Positions 37,239 through 50,176 of a stretch of 64,000 bases of DNA are shown here, piece by piece. Position numbers and translations under genes: made by a program. How positions within the stretch are numbered: the stretch's first letter is position 1; the number at the start of each line of letters is the position of its first letter. The notes below the pieces were generated by a model. It made no database searches and was not told where the DNA came from. It saw only the letters and a program-made list of their open reading frames with translations. This DNA comes from Amoebidium appalachense (Eukaryota > Protista > Ichthyosporea), in assembly GCA_963693365.1 (NCBI GenBank), contig CAVNZM010000012.1:6274889-6338888 (forward strand), given 5' to 3'.

Positions 37239-38117
37239 GGGGGGCAGTGCACAGACCCCTCTCCTCGATGTACTTTAGGCACTGCAGGAAGAATTCTGGC
37301 ACCTTCTGCTCCTGCCCCTCCACCACCTGCTCCAACGGGTGCCCAAATATTTTGCCCTCCTCTGCAGGGGAAAATAATCGTCAGCTTATTGAGCCTCCTC
37401 CTCCCCCCCCCCCCCCCTTCCCTCCCTCCCTCCCTCCCTCCCCCCCCCCCCCTGCCCGCCGCCTTTCCCTCTTCGCAAAAGTACAAAAAAAAGGGGGGGG
37501 GGGGGGGGGGGGAGAGAGAGAGAGAGTGTGTGTGTGTGTGAGGAAAAGAGAGGGGGGAGGGGGGGGGAAAGAGAGTGAGAGAGAGAGAGAGGGAAAGAGG
37601 CAGAACAAAGCTCAACACGCAAAGATGCATGCGGGGTTCCTGTCTACTCCTCGCCTAATCGCGTGTTCGTCTTCAAGGATTGCCATTCACTCTTGTTGAT
37701 CGTAATGACGTGTGCAAACACAAAGTAAAAACAATTCACCCCCCCCTCCCCCCCCCCCCCCCCCTCTCAACCTCCTCCCTCTCCTTTACCCCTTAAGCAG
37801 TCTTTAACCAGAGAGCACACGAGCAAGCAGCTCCCATACCTTCAACACACATCCATTCAAACGTGCCTCCCTCACCCCCGTTTGCGCCCTCCCCCATCCC
37901 CCCCCCCCCCCCCCCCCCCCCTCCCCCCCCCCTCTCCCCAACCACCGCCACCCATCCCAACATCCCTTCCCCATTCCCCTGCATCTTTCCGTCCACTTCC
38001 CCCTTGTTCACCCCCTCCCCCCCCCCCCCCCCCCCAACCCTCCCTCCCAACCCTTTCTCCCCCCCCCTTCCTCCCAAAGCACTATGCCTCACACCACCAC
38101 ATACCCAATATGAACAA

Positions 38118-38195
<78 letters not shown>

Positions 38196-39892
38196 CAACA
38201 AACACACCTTTCTTGTCCCCACCAGTCCCCACCACCTCCACACCACCAGTCCCCGCCACTGCTGCTGCCGCCATCTTAAAGCTCAATTCAGCTGCGCTGC
38301 CGCTTGCGCCCACATCCTTCGACTTTCTCCTGAAATTTCGCAGGGTAGCAAACGGGTTGCTCAGCATGTGCAGGCCTACCGTTTCCGAGTTGGAGTGAGA
38401 CCTGCCCACGTTGGCACTCTTACCGCTGTCCCCTGGCCCCGTTTCTGTGTTTCCATTGGATGAATGTCAGCTATGTAAGAGCGCCCCAAGGTGAAGTCTT
38501 TGGAGTTTGGTGCACGAGTTGATTGGTATTGCTCCCACGACCATCAAACACCCCCCCACCCCCCCACCTCTTCAGCCCATCACCACTACCACCACCATTC
38601 ACACACAGACACTAATACACACATGCACACACACACACATACACACACACACACATGTCACATCCCCCCCCTCCCCCCCCTCCCAAAAAAAAAAATTCCA
38701 TGCATACAGGAAATCATGCCGACATACTATATTAATAGCATAAGCTGAACCCTTCTGCCCGTGATACGACAACAGACACCCCAAAACAATGACACATGCA
38801 TGAACAGAGCCACCCCATGCCACCAACGAGATACAACCTCAAACAGTCTTTAAAATACAAACCAAAGCAAAGCAACATTGTCTTTCCTTTAACATCTCCA
38901 GATGTAAACTTGCATTAGATGTAAGAGAATGCACACACCGGACAGACTGGGCCTGTGGCGGGCCATCTGTGCCGTTAACTTCTCCAGCCGTCTCAGTGTG
39001 TTCTTGCGCTTTGTGTTCCGATCATTATCTACCTGACCACCATCAGACCCTGCGGGGAGAAAAGAAAAAAGAAAAGGAGAAAAAAAAACGGTGAGATGGG
39101 AATTTTCGGTAGAAAGATGGTTCTAACGGTAAATCACTAGATACATCATGTGATAAATTTTGTCGATTTCCTGATAAAAACATCATTTGAATTGATACAT
39201 GAGTATTGTGTCGGTTTTCCCTTGCCGTACGGGGGATGAAAAACAGTTGCGCGTGCATGTGAGTATGAGGGTGTGGGTGTGTATGTGTGTGGGTGCCTGG
39301 GGTGAAGGGGGGAGGAGGAGGGGGGGGGGGGGGGGGAGGGGGGGGAGCAGAGCGGCATGGTCGATCACATAAACACACAGCAAGCAGATGCTCCTTGATA
39401 TACCTACCAAAAAGTCTATCCCAGTGAGCTGCCCAAACAGCCACAAACACGCACTGCTATTAACCCAACTCGCAAATTCCACATCATCCCATCTTCCCAA
39501 AAGCGAAATGCAAATTACAAACACGAAGTTAGTGCCCCACCTTCTCCTTGTGCCGAATCGCTCGTGTCGAGTGCACTGACCACGGCCGAGTCTCCGTTGA
39601 GGGAATTTGAACTGCCCGTACGCTTGATGGACATCTGCAAACACAGCAAAATGTTGGTTCGAATTTCTCATACTAAAGCAAAATAGGTTTACTTACAGGT
39701 AACAAACACAGTCGCACAAAGTTGCATGAGCATAGAAAAAGGGGCAAAAGAGAGAGAGTGCTTACACGAGTAAGGGAGCCCGGAAAAGCACACAAATCAC
39801 AAACACACATGCACATGCCTTCCCCCCCCCCCCCCCCCGCGCCGAAAAAGGTGTTTTAAAAAATGGGGGCGGGGGGAGGGAAGATGAGAGAA

Positions 39893-39967
<75 letters not shown>

Positions 39968-40622
39968 CACAACCGGGCATAGCACACACACACCATAGAG
40001 AATCCTCCCCCTTCCCTCCCTCCACCTCCATGGTGTACAGGCACACTGCATATACATACAGACACACACCCGGGCTCACACCCCAACATCTGCAGTTCAA
40101 ACCTCCCCCCCCCCCCCCCCCCCCTCTCTCTCTCTCCCCCCCCCCCCCCTCCCCACAGCCCTCCCCTTCGGACACATACATACACACAAACACACTACAA
40201 AAACCTAACCATGTACACGCTCACGCTTGTGCTCGCAATACAGACACAGAACGAATCATCGAGCATTGAGAAGCGTGCAGAAAGCGCAAGCGAAAAACAT
40301 CTGAAAAGAAGTCGTCCATTCACACCCACACAAAAGAGGGGCAGATCACACATTCTCCACCTATTTCTCTTGACATCCCTCAACTCCATCCCTCCTCTTA
40401 TAACTCCTCCACACCCACACCCGTCTGCACGCAAGCGCACGCAGACATAAACACGCGCGCGCAGGCACGCGCGCGCGCGCGCGCGTGCGCACACACACAC
40501 ACACACACACACACATGCACTCGGAAGCCTACGTAGAGACATGCCCACACATATGCCATGCATACACACGTACACCAGCACACCACCACGCGCGCACACA
40601 CGACAAAAAATGCGCTCATATA

Positions 40623-40654
<32 letters not shown>

Positions 40655-40781
40655 ACCCCCCCCGTCACTCACACACCCAATGGCACACCCTCACACACCC
40701 ACACAAATACGAACAAAAACATGGACACACTAAAAGAGCAACACCGGTACACTCGTGCATCCCCCCCCCCCCCCCCCTCCC

Positions 40782-40812
<31 letters not shown>

Positions 40813-42633
40813 AAAAGAAAAAAAGAAACAAGAAAAAACATGCACAAGCACGTAAAAACGACCACACCCACCCACCTTGCGAAACTGCTCTCTAGTCATA
40901 GTCAAGAACTTCCTCCCAATAGACGACCTTCTCCTTATCGTCGCAGCCGCATCCGGAACCTCATCGAACTTTCCAGAAGCCGTGCTTCCCTCCCCAGGAA
41001 GCGCGCCCTGCCTTATAACCGTCTCCGCGTCGACCACCGCTTCCATCACCCCAACACTCACCGGCTTTTCCGCCTTCACATCTTCCACGTGCTTTATGGG
41101 ATGCATTCTGTCCTTGTTTTCAACCCCGCCAGCCCCGTCCGCGGCAACCAAATCCAGTGATGGCGTCTTTGTGAACTGAGGTGTCCTTGTAGTGGTGGTG
41201 GTGGTGGGTCTTCTCATGCGCCGTGCGGTCGAGGGAGTGACTGTTGCTGCGCCTGGAGTGTTTCGTGATTAGCCTCGTCCCCTTCCGTTCTCCTTGGTTC
41301 AATTGTCTAAGATTTATTACTTTTCCCTCCGAACTTTGCCTAAGCTGTATAACCTCCTTCCGTGGCACGTGGAATGACATGTGAATTCAAGAAGTTGAGA
41401 CACCTCACGAACACAACATAGAACTAAATACCAAAATGCCTAACAGAGTGAGAGCCTTGTTGTGGCATCCCCCCCCTCCCCCCCCCCCCCCCCCCCCCCT
41501 CCCCTCTTGGTCGTCCTCCCTACTTTCTCTCTACTTCCCTTCCTCTCTTTCGCTACCGCTTACTACTTGCTCCAACCTCCACCCTTACTCATGGACACAG
41601 ACACAAAAAACAAGCCATATACTACCCCCCCCCCCCCCCCCCCCCCCCCCCCATCCCCTCTTCCTCCCCTCCCCCCCCCCCCCCCCAATCTCCCCGCACC
41701 CTCATCTAGCCGCAAAGTACTCCTTTGCATAACACACCATCCGATGCTCTCTTGGCCTTGGTGCACGATGTTCGTGTTCCACATGAGCATAATATGAGGG
41801 CGATGCGCAGGGATCACAGAGGTGAGAGCAAGAGAGAGCTTGAGAGATCTCAAGTACCAAATTGTCGGTGTATTAGCTTGTTGACCTTGTTTTCGTGTGT
41901 TTATCAAGGCGCAGAGAATATGTCTATGTGTGTGTGTCGAGTGAGCGCATGTGTGCATGCGTCTGTGTTTGGTACGGTACTAGGGGAAGGGCGGACGGGG
42001 CTAAAGTGCTATGCTTGAGAACTGTTCAATACAATTTGTGCAAACCCACCAAAAGAAAACCATCCACAATCGGTTCTAGGCATGCAAGTCAGACGTGCTC
42101 CAAGCAAAAGCATTCATACGGGTTCAAAGAAGCTATAAACGTGTTGGCCACGCTCAACTCTTTCCAAACTTTTGAGCCCAGCACAAAAAACAAGGCGCAT
42201 TTCCTTTCTGGATACAGATGTGACGTGTACGTGTCCCCCATGCGGGTCTCGGTTGAGATGGCGTGAAGGTGAAAAAACGGACTATGATATAGACCGTGTT
42301 TGGAATCCCAATATGTAGCAAAAGCTAAATAGCTAGTTGGGGAATAAGCTATTCTCCCTCATGTTTTAGAGTGTTTTTGGCAAAAGGATGCTTGCACGTT
42401 TAAGGTTGAGGGATCCAAGCTTCTTGAAAACCAGAACAAAAAACTAGAAATCAAGAGTTGTGCACAGGCACACTACTTCCAGAGCATGTATTACACGCCA
42501 CGAAAGTTGGCCGTTGTTGGCAAGGCTTCTCACGCAATAGAACTAACCAGACATAGCATATGTGTGCTGATTGTCTCCTCCCCCCACCCCCCCCCCCACC
42601 CCCTACCCCCTTCTCCCCCCACACACGCACGCA

Positions 42634-42665
<32 letters not shown>

Positions 42666-42784
42666 AAAAGCAAAAAAACAGAAGGAGGAGGCGGACGAAG
42701 AAGTGATGTAAAGAATGACCCACCTGCAATGCAGACGGCAATATCGGCCGGCCCTGTGACCGCCACCGCTGAGACTGTGCTCAT
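32779..42784 (-). CDS. RhoGAP-domain protein, ~492 aa, 10 exons
   Basis: Exons 42784-42724, 41252-40876, 39634-39541, 39049-38939, 38444-38208, 37361-37257, 36156-36079, 35611-35480, 34745-34643 and 32959-32779 (1479 nt, consistent phases). Motifs [26 protein letters not shown] (arginine finger), [38 protein letters not shown]-terminal exons are less certain. Confidence 0.88.
33021..33606 (-). mobile_element. Cluster of 5'-truncated copies of the structured intronic element (three ~110-140-nt copies plus one fragment)
   Basis: Reverse-complement matches to the 3' half of the 48683/50963/50599 element at 33084-33226, 33294-33409 and 33500-33606, plus a 3'-end fragment at 33021-33048; all lie in the last RhoGAP intron in sense orientation. 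Confidence 0.85.
37075..37200 (-). mobile_element. Degenerate 5'-truncated copy of the structured intronic element
   Basis: Retains GTACGAAG, CAGGACACATG and GCAGAACCCATCC in the expected order; RhoGAP intron, sense orientation. Confidence 0.55.
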
Positions 42785-43359
42785 TGTGTTCCCGGCCAGA
42801 CTTTTTTTAACACCCGGCACTGCTCGCTTGTGCCGTGTGCATATATTGTATAATACGCCCTCATATGAAAGATTAGAGTTTGCTTGCCGTAAGTTGGTCA
42901 CAGAAAAGGAGCAAGACTGCTTGTATGAATATTCAGGAGGTGGGATGCACTGGCCGGGTTTTCTTTAGCGCTATATAGTGCTTTGTGTGTTCTACTTTGA
43001 GTGTCTCGCTTTGTCAAAGTGCCCCCTTAAAAAAACAACTGCGTGATAATAGCTCGCCAACCCGTCACACTTATTTTGCAAACACGTTCTGTAAAAGAAA
43101 CCTAACAAGTGCCTAACCCTAGACCCATAAGTTTGTGTACCGTGCGTAGACGCTCATGCGTGCACATAAGCAAGTGAAAAACCAAGACTAGAACTATATA
43201 GAGGCATCTATTCCCGCAACTTCATATAGCCATTTCGTCTGGACAACCCAAAAACATGGGAAACGGCGTGTCGGCGACTCGGCCGTTGCCAGTTTCTCTG
43301 GTGGACCGAAGTGTTTGCCGTTTGACTCGGCTGTGCAAACTGAGCCTGTATGATTAGTG

Positions 43360-43426
43360 AGCCAATCAGGTAAGAATGTACTTATGAAAGCCAATCGGAA
43401 TTTATCACAGCCTGATATGATTGGCC
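43360..43426. promoter_or_regulatory. Three CCAAT boxes at ~29-bp spacing upstream of RhoGAP
   Basis: GCCAATCAG (43361), GCCAATCGG (43390), GATTGGCC (43419). Confidence 0.45.
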
Positions 43427-43827
43427 AAAGCTGTGAATAGCTTTTTATGGCTGTACAGGAATGTCACGCACCGGCCCGACCTGGTGCACCGTGTGTGTGT
43501 GTTGCCGCAGCCGCACCCACACACGCGGGAAGGACTTGCAAATGCGTGGCCAGCTATTGTGAAGCACAGAAGCAGGAATAGTCAGCCAAAAGAGAGCCGC
43601 TGAAATATCGGACGGCTTGGAAGAGCGAAGCAGGGAACCGGCAGGGGCACCTGGGTGGTGGTGGGTGTGGGATGGCCAGGGGGGAGTTGGGGGGGAGAGA
43701 GGGACGGGGGGAAGAGTGGGTGTGGAGGGGGTGTCAGGGAAGGAGGGAGGGAGATGAAGTACTTAGAACGAAGAAGAGGCAGGGGCAGAGAGGGGGGAAG
43801 GGGGGAGGGGGGGGGGGGGGGGCGGGA

Positions 43828-43863
<36 letters not shown>

Positions 43864-44307
43864 AGAGAGGGGACGAGATCCAGCTTGCACGGCACTATGG
43901 CATGGTAAAACAGCTGACGAGTTTATATCGTCATACGTTCTCTGTAAACACCGAGTAAATAATATTACGTAGGCAGCTGTATCTGTGAAGTGACGTATGC
44001 ATGCGCTGGTCGTGCATGTGTAAACGCTTCTGTGCAAATGTGGTGGTGAATGATGTGTTACTAATTACGATGCCACTTCCCGAAATGTCATCTTCGCTTC
44101 TGTGCACCTGTGAAGATATAGTTTGCTAATCATTCAGTAAAGATTAACGCGTAGCCATACTACTACAACGTGCTCCTGTGTGTGTGTGTGTGTGTGCGCG
44201 CGCGCGCGTGTGTATGTGGGTGTCTCACGGTGTGTGTGTGTGTGTGTGTTAATTGAGTGTGTGTGTGTGTGTGTGCGTGCGTGCGCGCGTGCGCGCGAGT
44301 ATGTGCC

Positions 44308-44360
<53 letters not shown>

Positions 44361-44609
44361 CCTCCCATGATGCGCGTGTTTATGTGTGTGTGTGGTGTGT
44401 GCCACAGTGCGGGTGCCGTGCACAATTGTGTGGTCCACGTGTGTGTATCTTTATCCGTGTGTGTGTATGTTACGGATGCTTCCCGAGTACGTTACAATTA
44501 ATTTTATAAACACACTTCCAGGTACTCACAGTGGGGTAATTGTGCTGCATTTCAAATGCTGCATTTTGTTCAACATTCGGAGGTGCACTGCGCAGCTGCA
44601 GGCCGGTGC

Positions 44610-44667
44610 TAAGGCCTCCTACCAGACTGTACTCTATCAATAGAGTACAGTGAGTAGGGGGGCCTTG
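44610..44667. mobile_element. CAAGGCCTCCTA mini-palindrome copy 3 (58 bp, perfect 8-bp TSD)
   Basis: TAAGGCCTCCTACCAGACTGTACTCTAT-CA-ATAGAGTACAGTGAGTAGGGGGGCCTTG flanked by GCCGGTGC (44602-44609, 44668-44675). Confidence 0.85.
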
Positions 44668-46212
44668 GCCGGTGCCCGGTGACAAAACAAAGCGATTGGT
44701 TTTAGCGAGGAGCCAATCGGAACAGTGCGTGGTACCGCTGCCAGCCAGCCTGCGCCCCGCATGCGGCGCATGATCATCATCATGTGGCTTGCGCATGCAT
44801 GCATGGCATGCGCAACATACTCAGGCCCTGAGAGAGGTATGGTGCCGGACATCGTAGATTGACCCCTCTAGATCCTGGAGGCAACAATCGCGCTACGGAC
44901 ATGATGGTTGCAGTTTTGGATAGCTCTCGTCACAGGGATTACGGGGAATAGTAATGCCACGTTCTGCCGAGCTTTGGCTTAACGTCGAAGCGAGACGGGT
45001 TTCCATCCATTTGTTTCCATCGCCGCTGGTGCCACTTTTGTGCTGAACTTCAAGTTAATCGCAAGCATGTTGATAGGTATGAGTTTTTATGTCGCGTTTT
45101 ACCACTTTCCCTACGGGTGTCTGGTGACTGGCTGGCAATGTGACCACTTTAGACTTTTTGTCGAATTCTGTTGGTCGTCACATTGAGTATTTATATGATT
45201 TTCACACAGTGTTCAGGTATCTCAGTATGCACTTGTTACTGGATAACTCGTGAAGTTTTTAACGAATAAATGTCCAAAAATAAATTTCCTTATATACCAT
45301 ATATGGTATATTAGACTATTGGTCCGTTATGTCCACACCAATCAAATTGAGTGCGGGGATGAACCATGCATGTGCATAACGGCAGATCGTAATCCCCCAT
45401 ACTCCCTAACTCCCGATACTCAGTGGGGGCCAATAATCCTACATATGCAATTTGATCAATTACATAGTGAAATTTCAAAATGAACCCTTTGTCCTTAATG
45501 TCTTCTCAGTATGCCGTGCATACTTGCATATCTTTCCGTCGAATAAATCCAGTCAAAAGAAAAAAAATAATTACGACGATTTTATTCCCCCCCTGCCCGG
45601 GGGCACTTGGCTGAGCCGAGCCAATAAGCAAATCGAAAGCAACAACATATCTAAATCTACGATGTCCGACACCATACAATAGCTATGCAGCCTGACAATA
45701 ACAACCAGATCCCAGGCCAGATCTAACAAACAAAAACTTGATTTTTATGATATAACATTTGTTGGTGTATAGATATTTATTAGTGACATTATAAGTGTAG
45801 GAAGTGTATGTTAGTTTTCTAACTGGATGCACGGGACGGCCTTCCGATTTTTTTATTATTTTTTTTTTATGATCGCGATCGATCACTTCAGCAAAAGAGA
45901 GTATATCTGTCCCAAATATCTCCTCACCAAAATTTCGTTCTTCCAAGACTTAAACCCACAGGCTTTGCCGCTTTGCTGTGTCAACTCCAGCACGTGATCA
46001 TTCTTTAAGCGTTATAAAGGGTATGTAATTTCTATCAGGTTTTAAGCTTTTTTTTTTTTCACATCTGTTGAAGTGCTGAATTGTTGTTGAACTGTCGTGG
46101 TTTACGTAAACGTAAAACATATCTAGTTTAATTGAAAATGCGTCATGGTAAACAAAAGGGTATAGGGGGAAAGCTGCCAAGCGGTTGTGTGCGCACTGCA
46201 CTGACTGCAAAG

Positions 46213-46249
46213 CAAGGCCTCCTGCTCTGAGTAGGAGGCCCGCGCTGCG
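46213..46249. mobile_element. CAAGGCCTCCTA mini-palindrome copy 4 (37 bp, damaged right end, 8-bp TSD)
   Basis: CAAGGCCTCCTGCTC-T-GAGTAGGAGGCC-cgcgctgcg flanked by CTGCAAAG (46205-46212, 46250-46257). Confidence 0.7.
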
Positions 46250-46603
46250 CTGCAAAGCTGAGGACTCGAGAAACGGAAACTTTGAACCGAGCCCCTGAGA
46301 CGTTCACTACAAACCGTTCTTTGAGAGCACTGCGCTTGGCCATTTCAAATTGCAGCATACGCCCAATGACAAAAATCGTAACAACAGGCTTAGTAAGTAG
46401 GCACGGTCTCTTCATACCAAACTTGCAGACCTAACCGTAGTCCCAGTCTCGCAACACAATTAGTGGCTCACCGGGGAAGCCTGAAGATTACCACCTCAGC
46501 TATATTAGTTTAGACTCACTACAGGACTTTCTCTTTTAGTTGTAATTAGTAAACTGCATATTTTTCGGCACACACAAACTTATTTTCTATAAGTCTGTTT
46601 AAA

Positions 46604-48318
46604 ATGTTTTCAAGAAACCTCACCCGGTCCTCTGTTCTTCTGAACAGCAAGCTACCGCTCACTCTTAGCCAAGCACACATCACAGTCACCAAGTTAGCAG
46701 CAACACAAGCAACAACCCACATGCAGGCCAAACGAACGCATTTGCACACGTCGAACTCAAATCATCGTTCTAGCGTGGGAATCGCTGGTGATGCGGAGGC
46801 AATTACTCTCTTGGCCACCAAACTCAAGCAAGATCCAACCTTTGGGCAGAAGCTGTCTATGAAGCTGGACGAGAACACACGAAAAGCTCTGCAGGAGAGT
46901 CTGGAAGCGGAGCCACAGAAAGATGATGGTGAGGTTTCTTTTTTTCGTCCCGCTCGTCCTAATTTTTCTCCGTCTTATTTCCCTCTGCATCGTGTCTCTC
47001 TGTCTCTCTCCTTCCCTCCCCCCCCCCCCCCCCCCCCCAATACACACTCTTCCTCCCTGCCCCCCTAACTTCCCTTCCTCCCCTCCCCGCCCCCCCCCTC
47101 CCCCCCCCACCCACCCTCCCTCTTGCTCTCCCTCTCTCCCTCCCTCACTCCCTCCCCCTCCCCCCCTCCCCCCCCCCCCCCCCTCTCTTTCTCTCTCTCT
47201 CATATCCCTCCCTCTCTTTCTCTCTCTCTTTCTCTATCGCTGCGTGTGGGTGTTCCTCCCCCCTATAATTATACCCCCCTTCCCCCTCTCCTCCCTATCT
47301 CTTCCAGCACAAAGAAAACAACTAAGTGTAACAGCCTGCCAGTTTGAAACTTCCACTTCAGCGGCTGTTCCCTTTCACCCACTCCCCACTTCACTCCTCC
47401 CCCCCCCCCCCCCTCCCCTTCCCCCCCCCCCCCCACCCACACACACACAAACACACCTTCACTCCCCCCCCCTCCCCCACCCACCCACCCACTCTCACCC
47501 AAACCTTCCACCTCTCCACACCAGTGCTCCTTGCCCCCCCTCCACCCCCACCACTCTCCCTTCCCTCACCTCGTCCAATTCTTCCCTTACACCACCCCCT
47601 ACGTATTCTTTCTAATCTCAACCCACGCTCTTCGATCCAGTTCTCTTTCCAAACTTAACTAGCTCATCTCCCCTTCTCCCCCCTCTCTCCTATCCTCCCC
47701 ACACACACACACACACCCTACCTGCACCCCCACTTCCACACCCCGTCACCCTGTCATTCACCTGTGCACACCTTTTAGCCATCATTTCTCTTCATTCTGC
47801 TGGCCCCATGATTCCATTAGCGACAAACTTCCCTCTCTTTGTCTTCATTTCGCGTTTCTCGTACGTATGGAGTCCTTAACGGTGCTTTTCCTCATATAAG
47901 GCCTTCTTGTACGCAGAAACCTCACAGACATGCTTTCAATTTTCCTTCCCCCCCCCCCCCTCGTGCTTGTCCATAACCCAACCCCCAGGCGTGATATTCG
48001 TCTGCACACTTCTCCTGCCCCCCCCCCCCCCCCCCCCCCCCCACTACTCCCCCTCCAACTCCCACCCCACCACATGCCTACCCTCCGCCCCCTCCCCCCT
48101 TCCCGCCTCCCCCCTTCCCGCCTCCCCCCACCCTTCCCCCTGACCCCGATGCTATCCTGGCCCTTTCTAGAACACAACCCAATAAACACCAGCTCACTGT
48201 ACCCATAATCACCCACGACATTCCAGCTTGATCACTACCTCCTCTTTTCTGTGCATTGCCCCCCTTCCCCCCCCCCTCCCTCCCCCCCCCCCCCCCCCCC
48301 CCCACACCACCACCACCA

Positions 48319-48411
<93 letters not shown>

Positions 48412-49053
48412 GACGGCTTCCCTTCCCTAACCCCATCTCAATGTCAAAAAAACCTCCACCCCTGCCTATCTTTTGCCAAAAGACACGTTTGCCCATCACA
48501 CCGCGTCTCTCTCGATCTCCCGCGCTTTCTTACGATATTGAAAAATATCATTTTGTTCGGAGGCCTCGGCCTCAGGGCAGACCGATTTCAATCAGCATTC
48601 CATAAATAATCAAAAGCACCGTGTGCACACGTGCTTGTCCCATTCACTACCCTGACCCCCCCCCCCCCCTCCCGACCCCATATTCACCGTTTTGCTCACC
48701 TTGCTTGCATAAGCAACCCTGCTCGTCTTTGATCAAGACGGGTTGACCCTCCCAAGTTCAGTTGATGCTGCTGTCTGAGTTGGAGAGTCGTATATACGCG
48801 GGCTAAGGGGTCGAAACTCAGACGCAATTGATGACTTGGGCCCTCCCTGAGGATGGGCTCTGCTTATGACGCATACTGTGCGCATGGCTATGTTGCATAC
48901 TTGAATGTTTGCCTTTGGATGTGTCCTTCGTGTATGCGTACTTCGTACCGTGTTCCGCATTCAAACCCCCCCCCCCCCCCCCCCGACCCCATGTGCAGAC
49001 ACATTCCCCCCTCCCCCCTTCGGGCCACCTTGTGTTCACATATCCTCCCCCCC

Positions 49054-49124
<71 letters not shown>

Positions 49125-49255
49125 ATGGAGCCGGGCTTGGCATTCATGTCCACCTACCTCCCGTCCCCCCGTCCCCCCCTCGATGCAAACTGCACAAACC
49201 TGCATTGCCTTTGCCATTGTGAATTTGCATTTCGTAATCTGCAGCACGTCCTATA

Positions 49256-49290
<35 letters not shown>

Positions 49291-49899
49291 TTGCCCTTTC
49301 CCTTCGCCCCTTTACCCCTTCTGTGTCTTTCTACCACCTCCCCTGGTTTCAAACTCTCAAAATGAAGGATAATGCCAAATCCCCCCTCCCTCAACTTCCC
49401 CCCCCCTGCCCCCCCCCCCCCCCCCTCCCCCCTCCCCTCCCCCCCCCCCCCCCCCCTCCCCCCCTCCTCCCCCACCCCCCTCCCCCCCCCGCCCGTTCCC
49501 CCCTTCAAACCTCTTCAGTTCTTTGGCTCTTAACCCCCCCCCCCCCCCCCCCCCCCCCGCCACACACACACACACCCCCTTCTTCCCCTTCCCTCCTTTC
49601 TACCACCCACCAACCTCCTGGTTGACATTCCTTCCTTGCTCGTCTTTCACCATGCAACGTCTTCCCACCAGTTTCCACCCGTCCCATATTCCATATTTGC
49701 GTATTTTATGATCCATTTTTCTGAATATTTACCGACGAAAACCCACTTTTCTGATATTTCAAAAACAAAAATCCCACAGGCAGCGCGGCATCCACCATGC
49801 CCCCCATCACCCGTGCGCAGTATATCAAGCTGGCCCTGAGGACCGGCGCCCCTTTCATGGTTTTTGGCTTTTGTGATAACTTTTTCATGATCGTATGCG

Positions 49900-49942
<43 letters not shown>

Positions 49943-50108
49943 CCCAAAATGGTTCCTCAATGGTTCCCCAACCCCACCTTTCCCATAATTTCTAACATGT
50001 TCAGATTTGCTTACTTGCCCGTGTGCATACGTTGGGGCGGATGTAGGCACCCATGCACACACACACACTCACACTAAAACATAAACAGACGTACACGCAC
50101 GCACACGC

Positions 50109-50176
<68 letters not shown>

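Noticed and set aside
41725-42018. Non-repetitive 97-aa + strand ORF in RhoGAP intron 1
   Set aside because: No recognisable domain and not needed for the frame of the RhoGAP model.
44800-45240. Possible small gene or ncRNA downstream of CCAAT boxes at ~44695-44717
   Set aside because: Only very short ORFs and no recognisable RNA motif; it cannot be supported from sequence alone.
48765-48826. tRNA gene suggested by A-box/B-box-like motifs in the repeat
   Set aside because: A-B spacing is about 8 nt too short, no cloverleaf forms, and covariation supports a different pairing.
48770-48860. HDV-like ribozyme (CGAA before a closing stem) or box C/D snoRNA (TGATGA...CTGA)
   Set aside because: No P3/L3 UCCUCG or P1 partner on the sense strand; the C and D boxes are only ~12 nt apart and box C is altered in copy C.
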